64,000 nt of DNA from an uncultured Porticoccaceae bacterium (lineage in GTDB: Bacteria; Pseudomonadota; Gammaproteobacteria; Pseudomonadales; Porticoccaceae). Under the pieces are notes generated by a model. It was not told the DNA's origin and ran no database searches. It was given only the letters and a program-made list of their open reading frames with translations. The number at the start of each line of letters is the position of its first letter. The stretch's first letter is position 1. The stretch is taken from positions 52,535-116,534 of the forward strand of contig CBFIHQ010000001.1 of the NCBI GenBank assembly GCA_965662525.1. Direction: 5' to 3'. Position numbers and translations under genes: made by a program. This document shows, piece after piece, positions 33,609-43,018 of this stretch.

Positions 33609-34592
33609 ATGTTAAGTTTAAAGGTTAAAGGTAGAGCCAAGTTAGGGGCGAGAAATACTCTGTATTTCAGCGCTCGCTGGCTTCTTTTGGTCTTTTTATT
33701 TGCTTGCGCCCATGCAAATTCGTATAAATTGGACCGTATTCTCTTTATTCTCAGCAAGAATTCCCCAGAATATCAAGAGATAGTAAATTCTATAACTACT
33801 AGCTGGGGTGATAATAAAGCAATCAGCTATGAGATTTTGATTCAAAACGAACAGGCTGGTTTAGATAAAAGCCTTGAAAAATCGGATCTTGTTGTTACCT
33901 TAGGTACTGTTGCTGCCGATAGAATTTTGGCTAGAAAAATTTCTCAACCACTGATAACTACCTTAATCACTGAAAGCGCATTTAATTCATTGTCTGAAAA
34001 GTACTACGGCAATAGCTCAGAGGCTGTATCCTCGGGAGTGAATCCTATTTTCTTAGATCAGCCATTTGAGCGGCGATTAAAACTTGCCTGTCGATTGGTT
34101 GATCAGCTCGATAAGGTAGGTGTTATGGTTGGCCCATCAGTAGTTGCCAATCAAGAATTCTATACTTCTTCTATTTCGGAAAAAAGTTTAAAATCACACA
34201 TGATTGTCATGGATCCCGATAAAAATCCAATTAGACAGCTAGACCCCGTGTTTAAAACAAGTGATGTCTTTATTCCAATTGCCGATAGTCATTTTATAAA
34301 TGTAACTACCGCTAAATGGATTCTACAATTAGGTTATAGATACAGAGTACCCGTTATTGGGTATTCAGCAAATTATGTTGATGCCGGTGCATTGGCATCG
34401 GTTTATTCTTCTCCAGAGGATGTATCAAAACAAACAGCAGAGCTAATACAATCACTGCTCACTGAAAATCACAAACATCAGATACATACACCTAAATATT
34501 GCACTATAAAATTCAATAAATCAGTGGCCTGGCATTTAAATTTAAATATCCCAGATGATTTAGAAAAGCAAAATGGGCGCTGCGATTTATGA
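33609..34592 (+). CDS. Periplasmic substrate-binding protein (ABC_sub_bind-like) with no cognate permease nearby
   Basis: Hydrophobic signal ending AHA; LVVTLGT; RVPVIGYSANYVDAGALASVYSSPEDV; start uncertain; ATGA overlap with kinase. Confidence 0.8.
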   Translation: MLSLKVKGRAKLGARNTLYFSARWLLLVFLFACAHANSYKLDRILFILSKNSPEYQEIVNSITTSWGDNKAISYEILIQNEQAGLDKSLEKSDLVVTLGTVAADRILARKISQPLITTLITESAFNSLSEKYYGNSSEAVSSGVNPIFLDQPFERRLKLACRLVDQLDKVGVMVGPSVVANQEFYTSSISEKSLKSHMIVMDPDKNPIRQLDPVFKTSDVFIPIADSHFINVTTAKWILQLGYRYRVPVIGYSANYVDAGALASVYSSPEDVSKQTAELIQSLLTENHKHQIHTPKYCTIKFNKSVAWHLNLNIPDDLEKQNGRCDL

Positions 34593-36832
34593 AGCAGTTG
34601 CTTAGTCGTAATAGTATTTCTTATCGACTATTAATCACTGGATTAATTCCACTGACGCTTCTTAGCATCCTGATGGGTTATTATTTTATCTCTTATCAAA
34701 GAGCTGAGATGTTGGGAAACTTGCATGATACAGGTCACATTGCAGTGCGACAGGTTTCTCAAAATACGGCCTTTGCACTCTATTCAGGTGACCGTAAAAG
34801 TTTGGACTCTCTAAGCTATGCTACGCTAGAAACACCCTCTGTATCTGGAATTTTTTTTTATAGTTACACGGATGCTAAATCAATAATTATTGGCGATTTT
34901 AAATTCGAAGAAATACCAAAAGATTTTATTCGAACTGAGCCTTTCGAGGTTGATGGGTACTGGTATTTTTTCTCTGAAATACTGTCAGATCGGGCGCCAA
35001 TAATGGACTACGAGAACTCTACTCAATATGAACCTGAAAAAATTGGTTGGGTATTAGTTTCACTGAGTGATCGTTTGATGAGAGAAAAGGAGCTTGGTTT
35101 TTTTCTTACAGCGGCAACTGTGGTCTCCTTTAGTCTTCTTTTAGCCTTTTGGTTATCTATTCGAATTGGTAGAACCGTAGCTGATCCCTTAGAGCAATTA
35201 ACCAATGTTGTTGCTGAGTTGGAGTCCGGGAATCTCGAGGTTATTGCTTCTGAAGATGGCTTGGTCGAATTGTCAGAGTTGTCTCGAGGTATTAATGGCT
35301 TAGCGACTAGCGTTCGAGAATCTAATCAATTGATGCAAAGTGAGATTGATCGAGCTACAAGTCAATTAAAAAGGGCATTAGCCGACTTAGAGCAAGCTAT
35401 GCGAGCTAAGGATCAGTTCTTGGCAAGAATGAGTCATGAGCTAAGAACGCCGTTAACTGCAGTTTTGGGTTTTTCAAATATGTTATTCACAGAGGTGAAT
35501 GAGTCAAAGCGTGAGGAGCAATTAAGGGTAATACAGCGCTGCTCAACTGTTTTATTGACTATGATTGATGATGTTCTTGATTTTTCTAATGCTGATCTTG
35601 GCGGCTTTACTTTAAATAATAGTTTTTTTGCTCTTGATAAATTTATTGAGGATTTAACGGCGCTATTTCGCCTGCAAGCAAATGAAAAGGGGCTAGAGTT
35701 TAGTATGTCCCATGAGGGTGAAATTCCTAAAAGTATACACAGCGATCCAGTTCGGCTAGCACAGGTAATAACTAACCTAGTTAATAATGCTATTAAGTTT
35801 ACCGATTCTGGCTTTGTTTCAGTAAATTTAAAGATGGAAGACTGTCATGATGGTCATGATTATTTGCAGTTTGTTATTAAAGACACGGGTAAGGGTATTG
35901 TAGAAGATAAAATACTAACGTTGTTTGAGCCTTTTACCCAGGAGGATACATCGATCAATCGTCATTATGGCGGCAGCGGTTTGGGATTATCAATTGCCAA
36001 GCGCTTGGTTGGCGCAATGAATGGCGATATTACAATAAAAAGTAAGGTAAATATTGGCACTGAAGTAACGTTTACTTGTCGCTTGGAAAAGGATAGTAAA
36101 AATCTTAAAAATACTGATCAGTCATTACTAACCGAAATTGTTACTCAACAAGATGAAGTTTTGTCAGATATCATTATTCTACTAGCAGAAGACAATGAAT
36201 TTAATCAGAAATTTATGCTTAGATTATTAGAACGCCATGGCGCGACTTGCTCAATTGCAAAAAATGGTCAAGAGGCTATAGAAATCGCGCGAAATAATAA
36301 TTTTGATCTAATTTTAATGGACCTGCATATGCCAATTATTAATGGCATAGAGGCTACCAAGGCCATTGTTAAAGAAATTAAAAATAGTCCTCCAATAATT
36401 GGGCTGACTGCCGACATAACAGCTACAGAGCAAAATAAATTAATCTCTGCGGGTGCCAAAAGCGTTCAACTTAAGCCAGTTGATGAAGTAGATTTAATAA
36501 ATACTATTTTAGAATCGATAAATGCTAAAGAAATGCCGCAGACATTTTCTGGGGAAGGAATGCTGGCATCTGTTCTTCCAGTGGCGGACCTAAAGAAAGC
36601 AATTGTTGATAATCTTGATAGCCTAGAGAGTTGTTTGCATGCCAATGAGCAAATGCTTATCAGACCGTTAATCCATGATTTATTGGGTTTTTGTGGTTTG
36701 TATGGAATGACTGGTCTCAGAGATATAGTGCTTGAGTTGAAAAATTCCTATGCCGTTTTAGATAATTCGAAAAATTTACAACAGGTTAAACGTATCCGCC
36801 AATATATGGACGAGTCACCTATTTTTAGCTAG
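34589..36832 (+). CDS. Unorthodox hybrid sensor histidine kinase, GacS/BarA-like (TM-periplasmic-TM-HAMP-HisKA-HATPase-REC-HPt)
   Basis: H-box FLARMSHELRTPL; NLVNNAIKFT; DTGKGI; GGSGLGL; REC LAEDN...LILMDLHMP...KP; HPt-like IHDLLGFCGLYG. Confidence 0.93.
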   Translation: MKQLLSRNSISYRLLITGLIPLTLLSILMGYYFISYQRAEMLGNLHDTGHIAVRQVSQNTAFALYSGDRKSLDSLSYATLETPSVSGIFFYSYTDAKSIIIGDFKFEEIPKDFIRTEPFEVDGYWYFFSEILSDRAPIMDYENSTQYEPEKIGWVLVSLSDRLMREKELGFFLTAATVVSFSLLLAFWLSIRIGRTVADPLEQLTNVVAELESGNLEVIASEDGLVELSELSRGINGLATSVRESNQLMQSEIDRATSQLKRALADLEQAMRAKDQFLARMSHELRTPLTAVLGFSNMLFTEVNESKREEQLRVIQRCSTVLLTMIDDVLDFSNADLGGFTLNNSFFALDKFIEDLTALFRLQANEKGLEFSMSHEGEIPKSIHSDPVRLAQVITNLVNNAIKFTDSGFVSVNLKMEDCHDGHDYLQFVIKDTGKGIVEDKILTLFEPFTQEDTSINRHYGGSGLGLSIAKRLVGAMNGDITIKSKVNIGTEVTFTCRLEKDSKNLKNTDQSLLTEIVTQQDEVLSDIIILLAEDNEFNQKFMLRLLERHGATCSIAKNGQEAIEIARNNNFDLILMDLHMPIINGIEATKAIVKEIKNSPPIIGLTADITATEQNKLISAGAKSVQLKPVDEVDLINTILESINAKEMPQTFSGEGMLASVLPVADLKKAIVDNLDSLESCLHANEQMLIRPLIHDLLGFCGLYGMTGLRDIVLELKNSYAVLDNSKNLQQVKRIRQYMDESPIFS

Positions 36833-36909
36833 TGCTAATTCAATAAAGGATTTAGCACTTAAGTATTAGTGCGTCAGTGTCATTTTAATTTACTACAACA
36901 TGATCTAAA

Positions 36910-37168
36910 TTTAACAGTGCAAGATCGACTGTCCAAGCAGGAAGCATTTAAATGGATTTACATTGGTTCGCAAGCATAAACCCATACACCATTGTTAAGT
37001 CTCTGTAGTTTCATTCTTCGATCAAATTTGTTCGATGGATGTATTGGGCTGTTGTTTCATGGTAGTCAACATTTACGGCGACAGGGTAGTTGCTATGTAC
37101 CATAGATGGTACAGGTCGATTTTGTTATTTACTCCCTCTTTAAACCTCGCTCCTGCGAGGTTTTTTTT
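36910..37168 (+). ncRNA. Candidate sRNA or structured long 3' UTR downstream of the hybrid kinase
   Basis: About 430-nt gap in an otherwise tightly packed genome; several hairpins, three ANGGA motifs, strong terminator at the end; 5' end undefined. Confidence 0.4.
37142..37168 (+). terminator. Intrinsic terminator
   Basis: AAACCTCGC-TCCT-GCGAGGTTTTTTTT. Confidence 0.9.
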
Positions 37169-37262
37169 ATATTTAGAAAAAAACAGTACATAAAACTAAA
37201 AGTAATTCTTTTCTCTCGATAGTATTAGTCATAGACTGTTTAAAACTTCACAAAGAATCTAT

Positions 37263-39680
37263 ATGAAAAAAGAAAAACCCATTATCGATAGCTTTGCAAA
37301 CCGTGAGGCATCTAAGTATCAAAACCCTATTCCAAGTCGAGAGTTTATTCTTGATTATCTGGAGCATAGTGTAGGCCCATTAACCCACGAGGCGGTCTGT
37401 ACAGGTCTTAATTTAACCGATCCTGAGCAAGTTGAAGCCATGCGCCGTCGATTAAACGCTATGGAGAGAGATGGGCAGCTGGCTAGAAACCGTCGCGGTG
37501 GTTATGGCACGCTGGAAAAACTTAATTTGGTTAAAGGAAGAGTTATAGGTCATTCAGAGGGTTTTGGTTTTGTCTCGCCACTCAGTGGTGAGGGTGACGA
37601 TATATTTCTTTCTAGCGCACAGATGCGGCGTGTATTTGACGGCGACATTGTATTGGTTAGGGTGGCGGGATGGGATAGGCGAGGTCGTCCTGAGGGCTCA
37701 TTAGTAGACATAGTAGAGCGAGCTACGCACCAATTGGTCGGTCGTTATTTTCGTGAAAGTGGTATCAATTTTGTAAGACCGGATAATCCAAGAATTAGTC
37801 AGGATATTTTAATTTCTGCAGATCGTCCCTGTCCGGCAAGTCCTGGGCAGATAGTGGTAGTAGAAATTTTGGAGCCACCTACACGAAATAGTCTTCCTGT
37901 AGGGTTTGTTTCCGAAGTATTAGGCGAGCATTTAGATCCTGGTATTGAAATTGATATGGCGGTTCGCAATTATGGTATCCCCTTTCAATGGAATGACGGA
38001 GTTGAGGCGGAAACAGCCGATATCCCATCGGAGATTTCCCATACAGATTCAAGAGTTGATATAAGATCGATACCATTAATAACGATTGATGGCGAAGATG
38101 CTCGTGATTTTGATGATGCGGTGTATTGTCGGCCTAAAGCACGAGGCGGGTGGGAGCTTATTGTTGCCATTGCCGATGTTTCTCATTATGTGACTGTGGG
38201 TTCTGAATTAGATAAAGAAGCTTTCTCTCGAGGAAATTCTGTATATTTCCCGAATCACGTAGTGCCCATGCTACCGGAAAAGTTATCCAATGGACTCTGT
38301 TCACTAAATCCTGCTGAAGATCGTTTTTGCATGGTGTGTGAAATGCAAATTAGTGAGCAGGGTGATATCACTGGTTATCAGTTTTATGAGGGCATCATGC
38401 ATTCTCATGCTCGTATGACCTATACCCAGGTAGCGCAGATAGTAGCTGATAAAGATCATACTTCTGCAGCAAGGGAGCAGTTTAGCGCGGTACTACCGCA
38501 AATTGATGCGTTACAGGACTTGTCCCAGCGATTACAAAAATGTCGTAGTCAGCGTGGTGCTATAGATTTTGATACTCGAGAAACGCGAATACTTTTTGAT
38601 AGCAAGCGCAAAATAAGTCAGATTATTCCGGTGGATAGAACCGATGCCCACCGTTTAATTGAGGAGTGCATGCTATGCGCTAATCTGTGTGCTGCGGAAT
38701 TTTTACACAAATCTAAACTGCCGGCACTCTATCGAGTGCATGAGGGGCCAAGCGAAGAAAGATTAATCTCGGTAAGGGATTTCTTAGGTGAATTGGGTAT
38801 TGGATTGGGTGGGGGTGATGAGCCGCAGCCTATGCATTATCGGCAAGTACTACATGCTGTTAGGCACCGTGATGATGCTCAAATTATCCAATCTGTTCTG
38901 CTTCGTTCTATGAGTCAGGCGGTTTATCAGTGTGAAAATTTAGGCCATTTTGGTTTAGCATTTGACGCCTACACTCACTTTACTTCACCTATTCGCCGTT
39001 ATTCTGATTTATTAGTTCATCGTGCAATACGCAGTTTGATCAAAAGCGGAAAAAAATCCGCCCATATTCGGCGAGAAGGTAAACAGCCTAATGTTGATAA
39101 GGCTATTTATTATCCCTATGAGTTATCTTCTCTTGAGGAGGTGGGGCAGCATCTATGTGTAACTGAGCGTCGCGCTGACGAGGCGACACGGGATGTAGTC
39201 AACTGGCTAAAGTGTGAATTCCTGTTAGATCGCGTTTCTGAGCAATTTACTGGGGTTGTTAATGCGGTAACAGGCTTTGGTTTATTTGTGATGCTGGACG
39301 ATTTGATGGTGGAGGGCTTAATTCATGTTACCGGTTTGCCAAAAGATTATTATCACTTTGAAGCATCACAGCATCGAATGGTGGGCGAGCGAACTGGCAG
39401 GACATTTAGGCTGGGTCAAAAGGTCAAAGTAAAGGTTGTTCGGGTTAATTTGGAAGAGAGAAAAATTGACTTTGAACTTATAGACAAGGCATCTAATCAG
39501 TCTCATGCGACCAAGCCAAGGAATTTTGTTAAAGCGTCAGATGACCGTTCGAAAAAGCCCAGAACTAAAAAACCTGGTGCCAGAACGTCTAGTGGAAAAA
39601 AGTCCTCAAGCAGCCGCACTAAAACGAAGACAAAGGCGGGTAGCTTTAATGCAAAAAGAAAGCGTAAATCTAGGCGTTAA
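37263..39680 (+). CDS. rnr: Ribonuclease R
   Basis: TIDGEDARDFDDA, HFTSPIRRYSDL, S1 domain, basic C-terminal tail. Confidence 0.98.
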   Translation: MKKEKPIIDSFANREASKYQNPIPSREFILDYLEHSVGPLTHEAVCTGLNLTDPEQVEAMRRRLNAMERDGQLARNRRGGYGTLEKLNLVKGRVIGHSEGFGFVSPLSGEGDDIFLSSAQMRRVFDGDIVLVRVAGWDRRGRPEGSLVDIVERATHQLVGRYFRESGINFVRPDNPRISQDILISADRPCPASPGQIVVVEILEPPTRNSLPVGFVSEVLGEHLDPGIEIDMAVRNYGIPFQWNDGVEAETADIPSEISHTDSRVDIRSIPLITIDGEDARDFDDAVYCRPKARGGWELIVAIADVSHYVTVGSELDKEAFSRGNSVYFPNHVVPMLPEKLSNGLCSLNPAEDRFCMVCEMQISEQGDITGYQFYEGIMHSHARMTYTQVAQIVADKDHTSAAREQFSAVLPQIDALQDLSQRLQKCRSQRGAIDFDTRETRILFDSKRKISQIIPVDRTDAHRLIEECMLCANLCAAEFLHKSKLPALYRVHEGPSEERLISVRDFLGELGIGLGGGDEPQPMHYRQVLHAVRHRDDAQIIQSVLLRSMSQAVYQCENLGHFGLAFDAYTHFTSPIRRYSDLLVHRAIRSLIKSGKKSAHIRREGKQPNVDKAIYYPYELSSLEEVGQHLCVTERRADEATRDVVNWLKCEFLLDRVSEQFTGVVNAVTGFGLFVMLDDLMVEGLIHVTGLPKDYYHFEASQHRMVGERTGRTFRLGQKVKVKVVRVNLEERKIDFELIDKASNQSHATKPRNFVKASDDRSKKPRTKKPGARTSSGKKSSSSRTKTKTKAGSFNAKRKRKSRR

Positions 39681-40366
39681 TTTATAGGGTTAATATGTTT
39701 GGGTATTAATTCGCTTAGTAGATCGCCGATGTAATCAATAAAAACTGTACCTATTTCTTTAGTATAGAATTCGGGATCACTGTGCCCAAGGGCTAAAACC
39801 CCAAAAGTATTGGTCGCTCTAAGCGGTAATGCTAAAACAGAGCCTATTTCTCCGACTTGATTGCCAAACAGTAGGGAAATTTCTTCATACTTTCTTTTGC
39901 CGCAGATAGCTTTTTTCGCGCTTAGAATATGGCCAATAATTGATTTAGCCTCACTTTCAGAAATGAAATTGACCGCGTTTTTAGTCACTGCGGGATCATC
40001 ATTTATAAGGGTAAGGCTAAAAAATTCTGTGGAAAAATCACTCTTTAAACTAACCGTAAGCGCCTTACCTAAGCTATTTAAATCATTTGCTTGAACCAAG
40101 TTTAAGACCAGCCGATTAGTTTTTTCCATAAGCAATGCGTTTTCTTTGGCAGCGGCTTGCATCTGATCTATTTGAGTGATCATTTCGCTATTGCGTTCTC
40201 GCATTATGCCAATCTGACGTTCTACCAGTGAGATTGCTTTACCGCTGTCATGAGAGATATTGATGACTTCAAAAATATCTGGGTTTTGTTCGAAAAAATC
40301 CGGATTCTTAGTAAGATAATCTCGAACCAACTCCTGTTCAGCTGGTTTTTCCTTTTTAGCGGTCAT
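39677..40366 (-). CDS. DUF484 family protein (YigA-like)
   Basis: YLTKNPDFF, SLVERQ, GVLALG; directly downstream of dapF. Confidence 0.9.
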   Translation of the reverse strand: MTAKKEKPAEQELVRDYLTKNPDFFEQNPDIFEVINISHDSGKAISLVERQIGIMRERNSEMITQIDQMQAAAKENALLMEKTNRLVLNLVQANDLNSLGKALTVSLKSDFSTEFFSLTLINDDPAVTKNAVNFISESEAKSIIGHILSAKKAICGKRKYEEISLLFGNQVGEIGSVLALPLRATNTFGVLALGHSDPEFYTKEIGTVFIDYIGDLLSELIPKHINPIN

Positions 40367-41193
40367 AGTTTAATCTTTCCGTGAAAAACCGTTTTGGCAG
40401 GTCCTGTCATTAGTATGGGCTCACCTTCCCCCAGCCATTCAATACAGAGCTCTCCACCCAGCAATTCAAGATTAACCTTGGAATCTACCAGGTCTTGTTG
40501 AATAGCCGCTACAGCCGCTGCGCATGCGCCAGATCCACAGGCTTTGGTTTCACCAACCCCGCGTTCATAAACTCGCAACTTTATATTTTGTCGATCAATA
40601 ATTTGCATAAATCCTACATTGACGCTTTCCGGAAACTGGTCATGACCTTGAATTAAACGGCCAATATCTTCTACTGCAGTAGTATCTATATCGTCAACCT
40701 GTATAACTGCATGAGGATTGCCGATAGATAGCGCTGCAATTTCAAAGTTTTGAGATTCTGCCTCAATTACATAAAGTGTGTCTTGCTGTTGCGAGAAAAA
40801 CGGTATATCTGCAGGGGTAAAAGTTGGCTCACCCATATTGGCTGTAACCAGATTTTTAGCCTTGGTAGTCACTTCCATTATGCGATTTTTGGTTTGAAGT
40901 AGAACGGTTTTTTTGCCAGAAAGTTGCTGGTCTGCAATAAAGCGACCCATACACCGAGCACCATTGCCACATTGCTCTACTTCACTGCCATCACAGTTAA
41001 AAATACGATAATTAAAGTCAATATTTTTATTACTGGGAGGCTCTATTAATAGAACTTGATCACAACCAATGCCAAGATTCCGGTCTGCTAATATTTTGAT
41101 AGCATCCGTGGTCAAATTAATATGTTGTCGCACGGCGTCAATAACTACAAAGTCATTGCCAAGGCCATGCATTTTGGTAAATTTTATCAACAT
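40363..41193 (-). CDS. dapF: Diaminopimelate epimerase
   Basis: KMHGLGNDF, CGNGARC, ERGVGETKACGSGACA. Confidence 0.99.
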   Translation of the reverse strand: MLIKFTKMHGLGNDFVVIDAVRQHINLTTDAIKILADRNLGIGCDQVLLIEPPSNKNIDFNYRIFNCDGSEVEQCGNGARCMGRFIADQQLSGKKTVLLQTKNRIMEVTTKAKNLVTANMGEPTFTPADIPFFSQQQDTLYVIEAESQNFEIAALSIGNPHAVIQVDDIDTTAVEDIGRLIQGHDQFPESVNVGFMQIIDRQNIKLRVYERGVGETKACGSGACAAAVAAIQQDLVDSKVNLELLGGELCIEWLGEGEPILMTGPAKTVFHGKIKL

Positions 41194-41207
41194 TTCAGTG
41201 AGCTCCG

Positions 41208-42464
41208 TTATTGCTCTTTTATCAGTTGTTCACCTCTAACAAGATCCTCTATGGTCTCGCGCGCTCTAACAAGATGTATTTGATCACCATCAACCATGAC
41301 CTCAGCCACTCTTGGGCGGCTATTATAATTTGAGCTCATGGTAAAACCGTAGGCTCCAGCTGAGGAAAGATAAAGATAATCTCCCTCTTCAATGCCAAGT
41401 GTTCTATCTTTGCCCAGGAAATCACCTGTTTCACATACCGGACCAACCACATCATAGTCTGCTTCTGTTCTATCTGAGATGATTTCAATCGGATTGATAT
41501 CCATCCAGGCATCATAAAGAGCAGGTCGCAACATATCATTCATGGCGGCATCGACAACGGCGAAATTTTTATCGCCATTTTTCTTAATGACCTGAACTTG
41601 AGTTAATAAAATACCAGCGTTAGCAGAAATGGACCTGCCAGGCTCCATGACTAAGGTTTCCGTACGGTCTTTGAGTAGTGGTGCTAGGGCATCCATATAG
41701 CTCGTCAAAGATGGTACGGTTTCATTTTGATAGCGCACACCTAGTCCACCGCCAATATCAATATGTTTTAGTTTAATGCCAGAATCAGCCAAACGATCTA
41801 CTAATAATAATAGGTGCTTCATAGCATCGATAAAGGGCGTTATATCGGTTAACTGTGACCCGATATGACAATCAACACCAACTACGGAAATATTGTCCAT
41901 TTCAGTAGCTTGCTGATATACCTCGTAGGCTCGGCTGATATCTATACCAAATTTGTTTTCTTTAAGCCCAGTTGAAATATAGGGGTGAGTTTTGGCATCT
42001 ACATCAGGATTGACACGAATTGAAACTGGTGCCATTTGGTTGGTTTCTGCGGCTGTTTTATTTAAGAGTTCTAGCTCTGATTCTGATTCAACATTAAAGC
42101 AATGAATACCCACTTCGAGCGCGCGACGCATTTCAGCGGCAGTTTTGGCTACACCGGAATAAACCACCTTGGCCGGATCACCGCCAGCCAACAGTACGCG
42201 TTCGAGTTCACCAACAGAAACAATATCAAAGCCTGCACCTAATTTTGCCAGTGTTTGCAACACAGCTATATTAGAATTGGACTTTACCGCATAACAAATA
42301 AGATGATCGCGCGAACTTAGAGCTCGTTGATAGTCTAAAAAGTTTTCACTAATTGCCCGTTTGCTGTAGACATAGCAGGGGCTGCCATACTCCTGAATAA
42401 TATCCTTTAGAGGGACATCTTCCATTAATCGTTGGTTGCCGTTGGTGGTTACTGAGCTATGCAT
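41208..42464 (-). CDS. lysA: Diaminopimelate decarboxylase
   Basis: YAVKSNSN, HIGSQ, EPGR, GPVCETGD, MSSNYNSRP. Confidence 0.98.
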   Translation of the reverse strand: MHSSVTTNGNQRLMEDVPLKDIIQEYGSPCYVYSKRAISENFLDYQRALSSRDHLICYAVKSNSNIAVLQTLAKLGAGFDIVSVGELERVLLAGGDPAKVVYSGVAKTAAEMRRALEVGIHCFNVESESELELLNKTAAETNQMAPVSIRVNPDVDAKTHPYISTGLKENKFGIDISRAYEVYQQATEMDNISVVGVDCHIGSQLTDITPFIDAMKHLLLLVDRLADSGIKLKHIDIGGGLGVRYQNETVPSLTSYMDALAPLLKDRTETLVMEPGRSISANAGILLTQVQVIKKNGDKNFAVVDAAMNDMLRPALYDAWMDINPIEIISDRTEADYDVVGPVCETGDFLGKDRTLGIEEGDYLYLSSAGAYGFTMSSNYNSRPRVAEVMVDGDQIHLVRARETIEDLVRGEQLIKEQ

Positions 42465-42469
42465 TTTGG

Positions 42470-42592
42470 CTAATAGTCCCTATCTTGATGGTTTGTTGTG
42501 TCTTCAGGTAAATATAGATCACCGGTATTGCCACAACCAATTAGTCCGCAGAAAAAAAATACAGTTAAAATTAGAGTGAGTCGTTGACGCAT
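42470..42592 (-). CDS. lptM: Small lipoprotein LptM/YifL (LppL), 40 aa (below ORF-track cutoff)
   Basis: Translated by hand: MRQRLTLILTVFFFCGLIGCGNTGDLYLPEDTTNHQDRDY; lipobox LIGC plus GxxGxLYLP; conserved position before lysA/dapF. Confidence 0.85.
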   Translation of the reverse strand: MRQRLTLILTVFFFCGLIGCGNTGDLYLPEDTTNHQDRDY

Positions 42593-42685
42593 ATTCTGTT
42601 ACCTTGTAAAAAACGGTAGTATAGCGGTAGTGGCTGACCACACTCAAACAATTATCACAGCCTTCTACTAACAGGTACCCAAACT

Positions 42686-43018
42686 ATGACAGAAGCCCAG
42701 TTTAACCAGATAGTCGATGATCTTATGTTTTCAATTGAAGAAAGTATTGATGATAGCGGTGCAGATCTGGATTATGAAAACACAGCGGGTATGTTGACGA
42801 TCACCTGTGAAGCCAATGGGTCACAGATTATTTTATCCCGCCAACCAGCGCTGGGTGAAATATGGTTAGCCGCACGCTCTGGAGGCTTTCATTTTAGGTT
42901 AGATACGAACTCAACTCAGGGTATTTGGATAAATACTGTGAGCGGTGAGCCGCTCATCAATATGTTGTCAGATGCCTGTTTACAGCAGTCAGGAGAGCAG
43001 GTTAATTTTGACTTTTAA
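42686..43018 (+). CDS. cyaY: Iron donor protein CyaY (frataxin)
   Basis: [23 protein letters not shown]. Confidence 0.95.
   Translation: MTEAQFNQIVDDLMFSIEESIDDSGADLDYENTAGMLTITCEANGSQIILSRQPALGEIWLAARSGGFHFRLDTNSTQGIWINTVSGEPLINMLSDACLQQSGEQVNFDF

Noticed and set aside
36831-36859. AGTGCTAA...TTAGCACT resembling CIRCE arms
   Set aside because: Arms are in reversed order with the wrong spacing; kept only as a generic inverted repeat
36952-37090. Two 18-aa ORFs (MDLHWFAS..., MDVLGCCF...) in the post-kinase gap
   Set aside because: Too short and no recognisable family; cannot be supported without ribosome profiling
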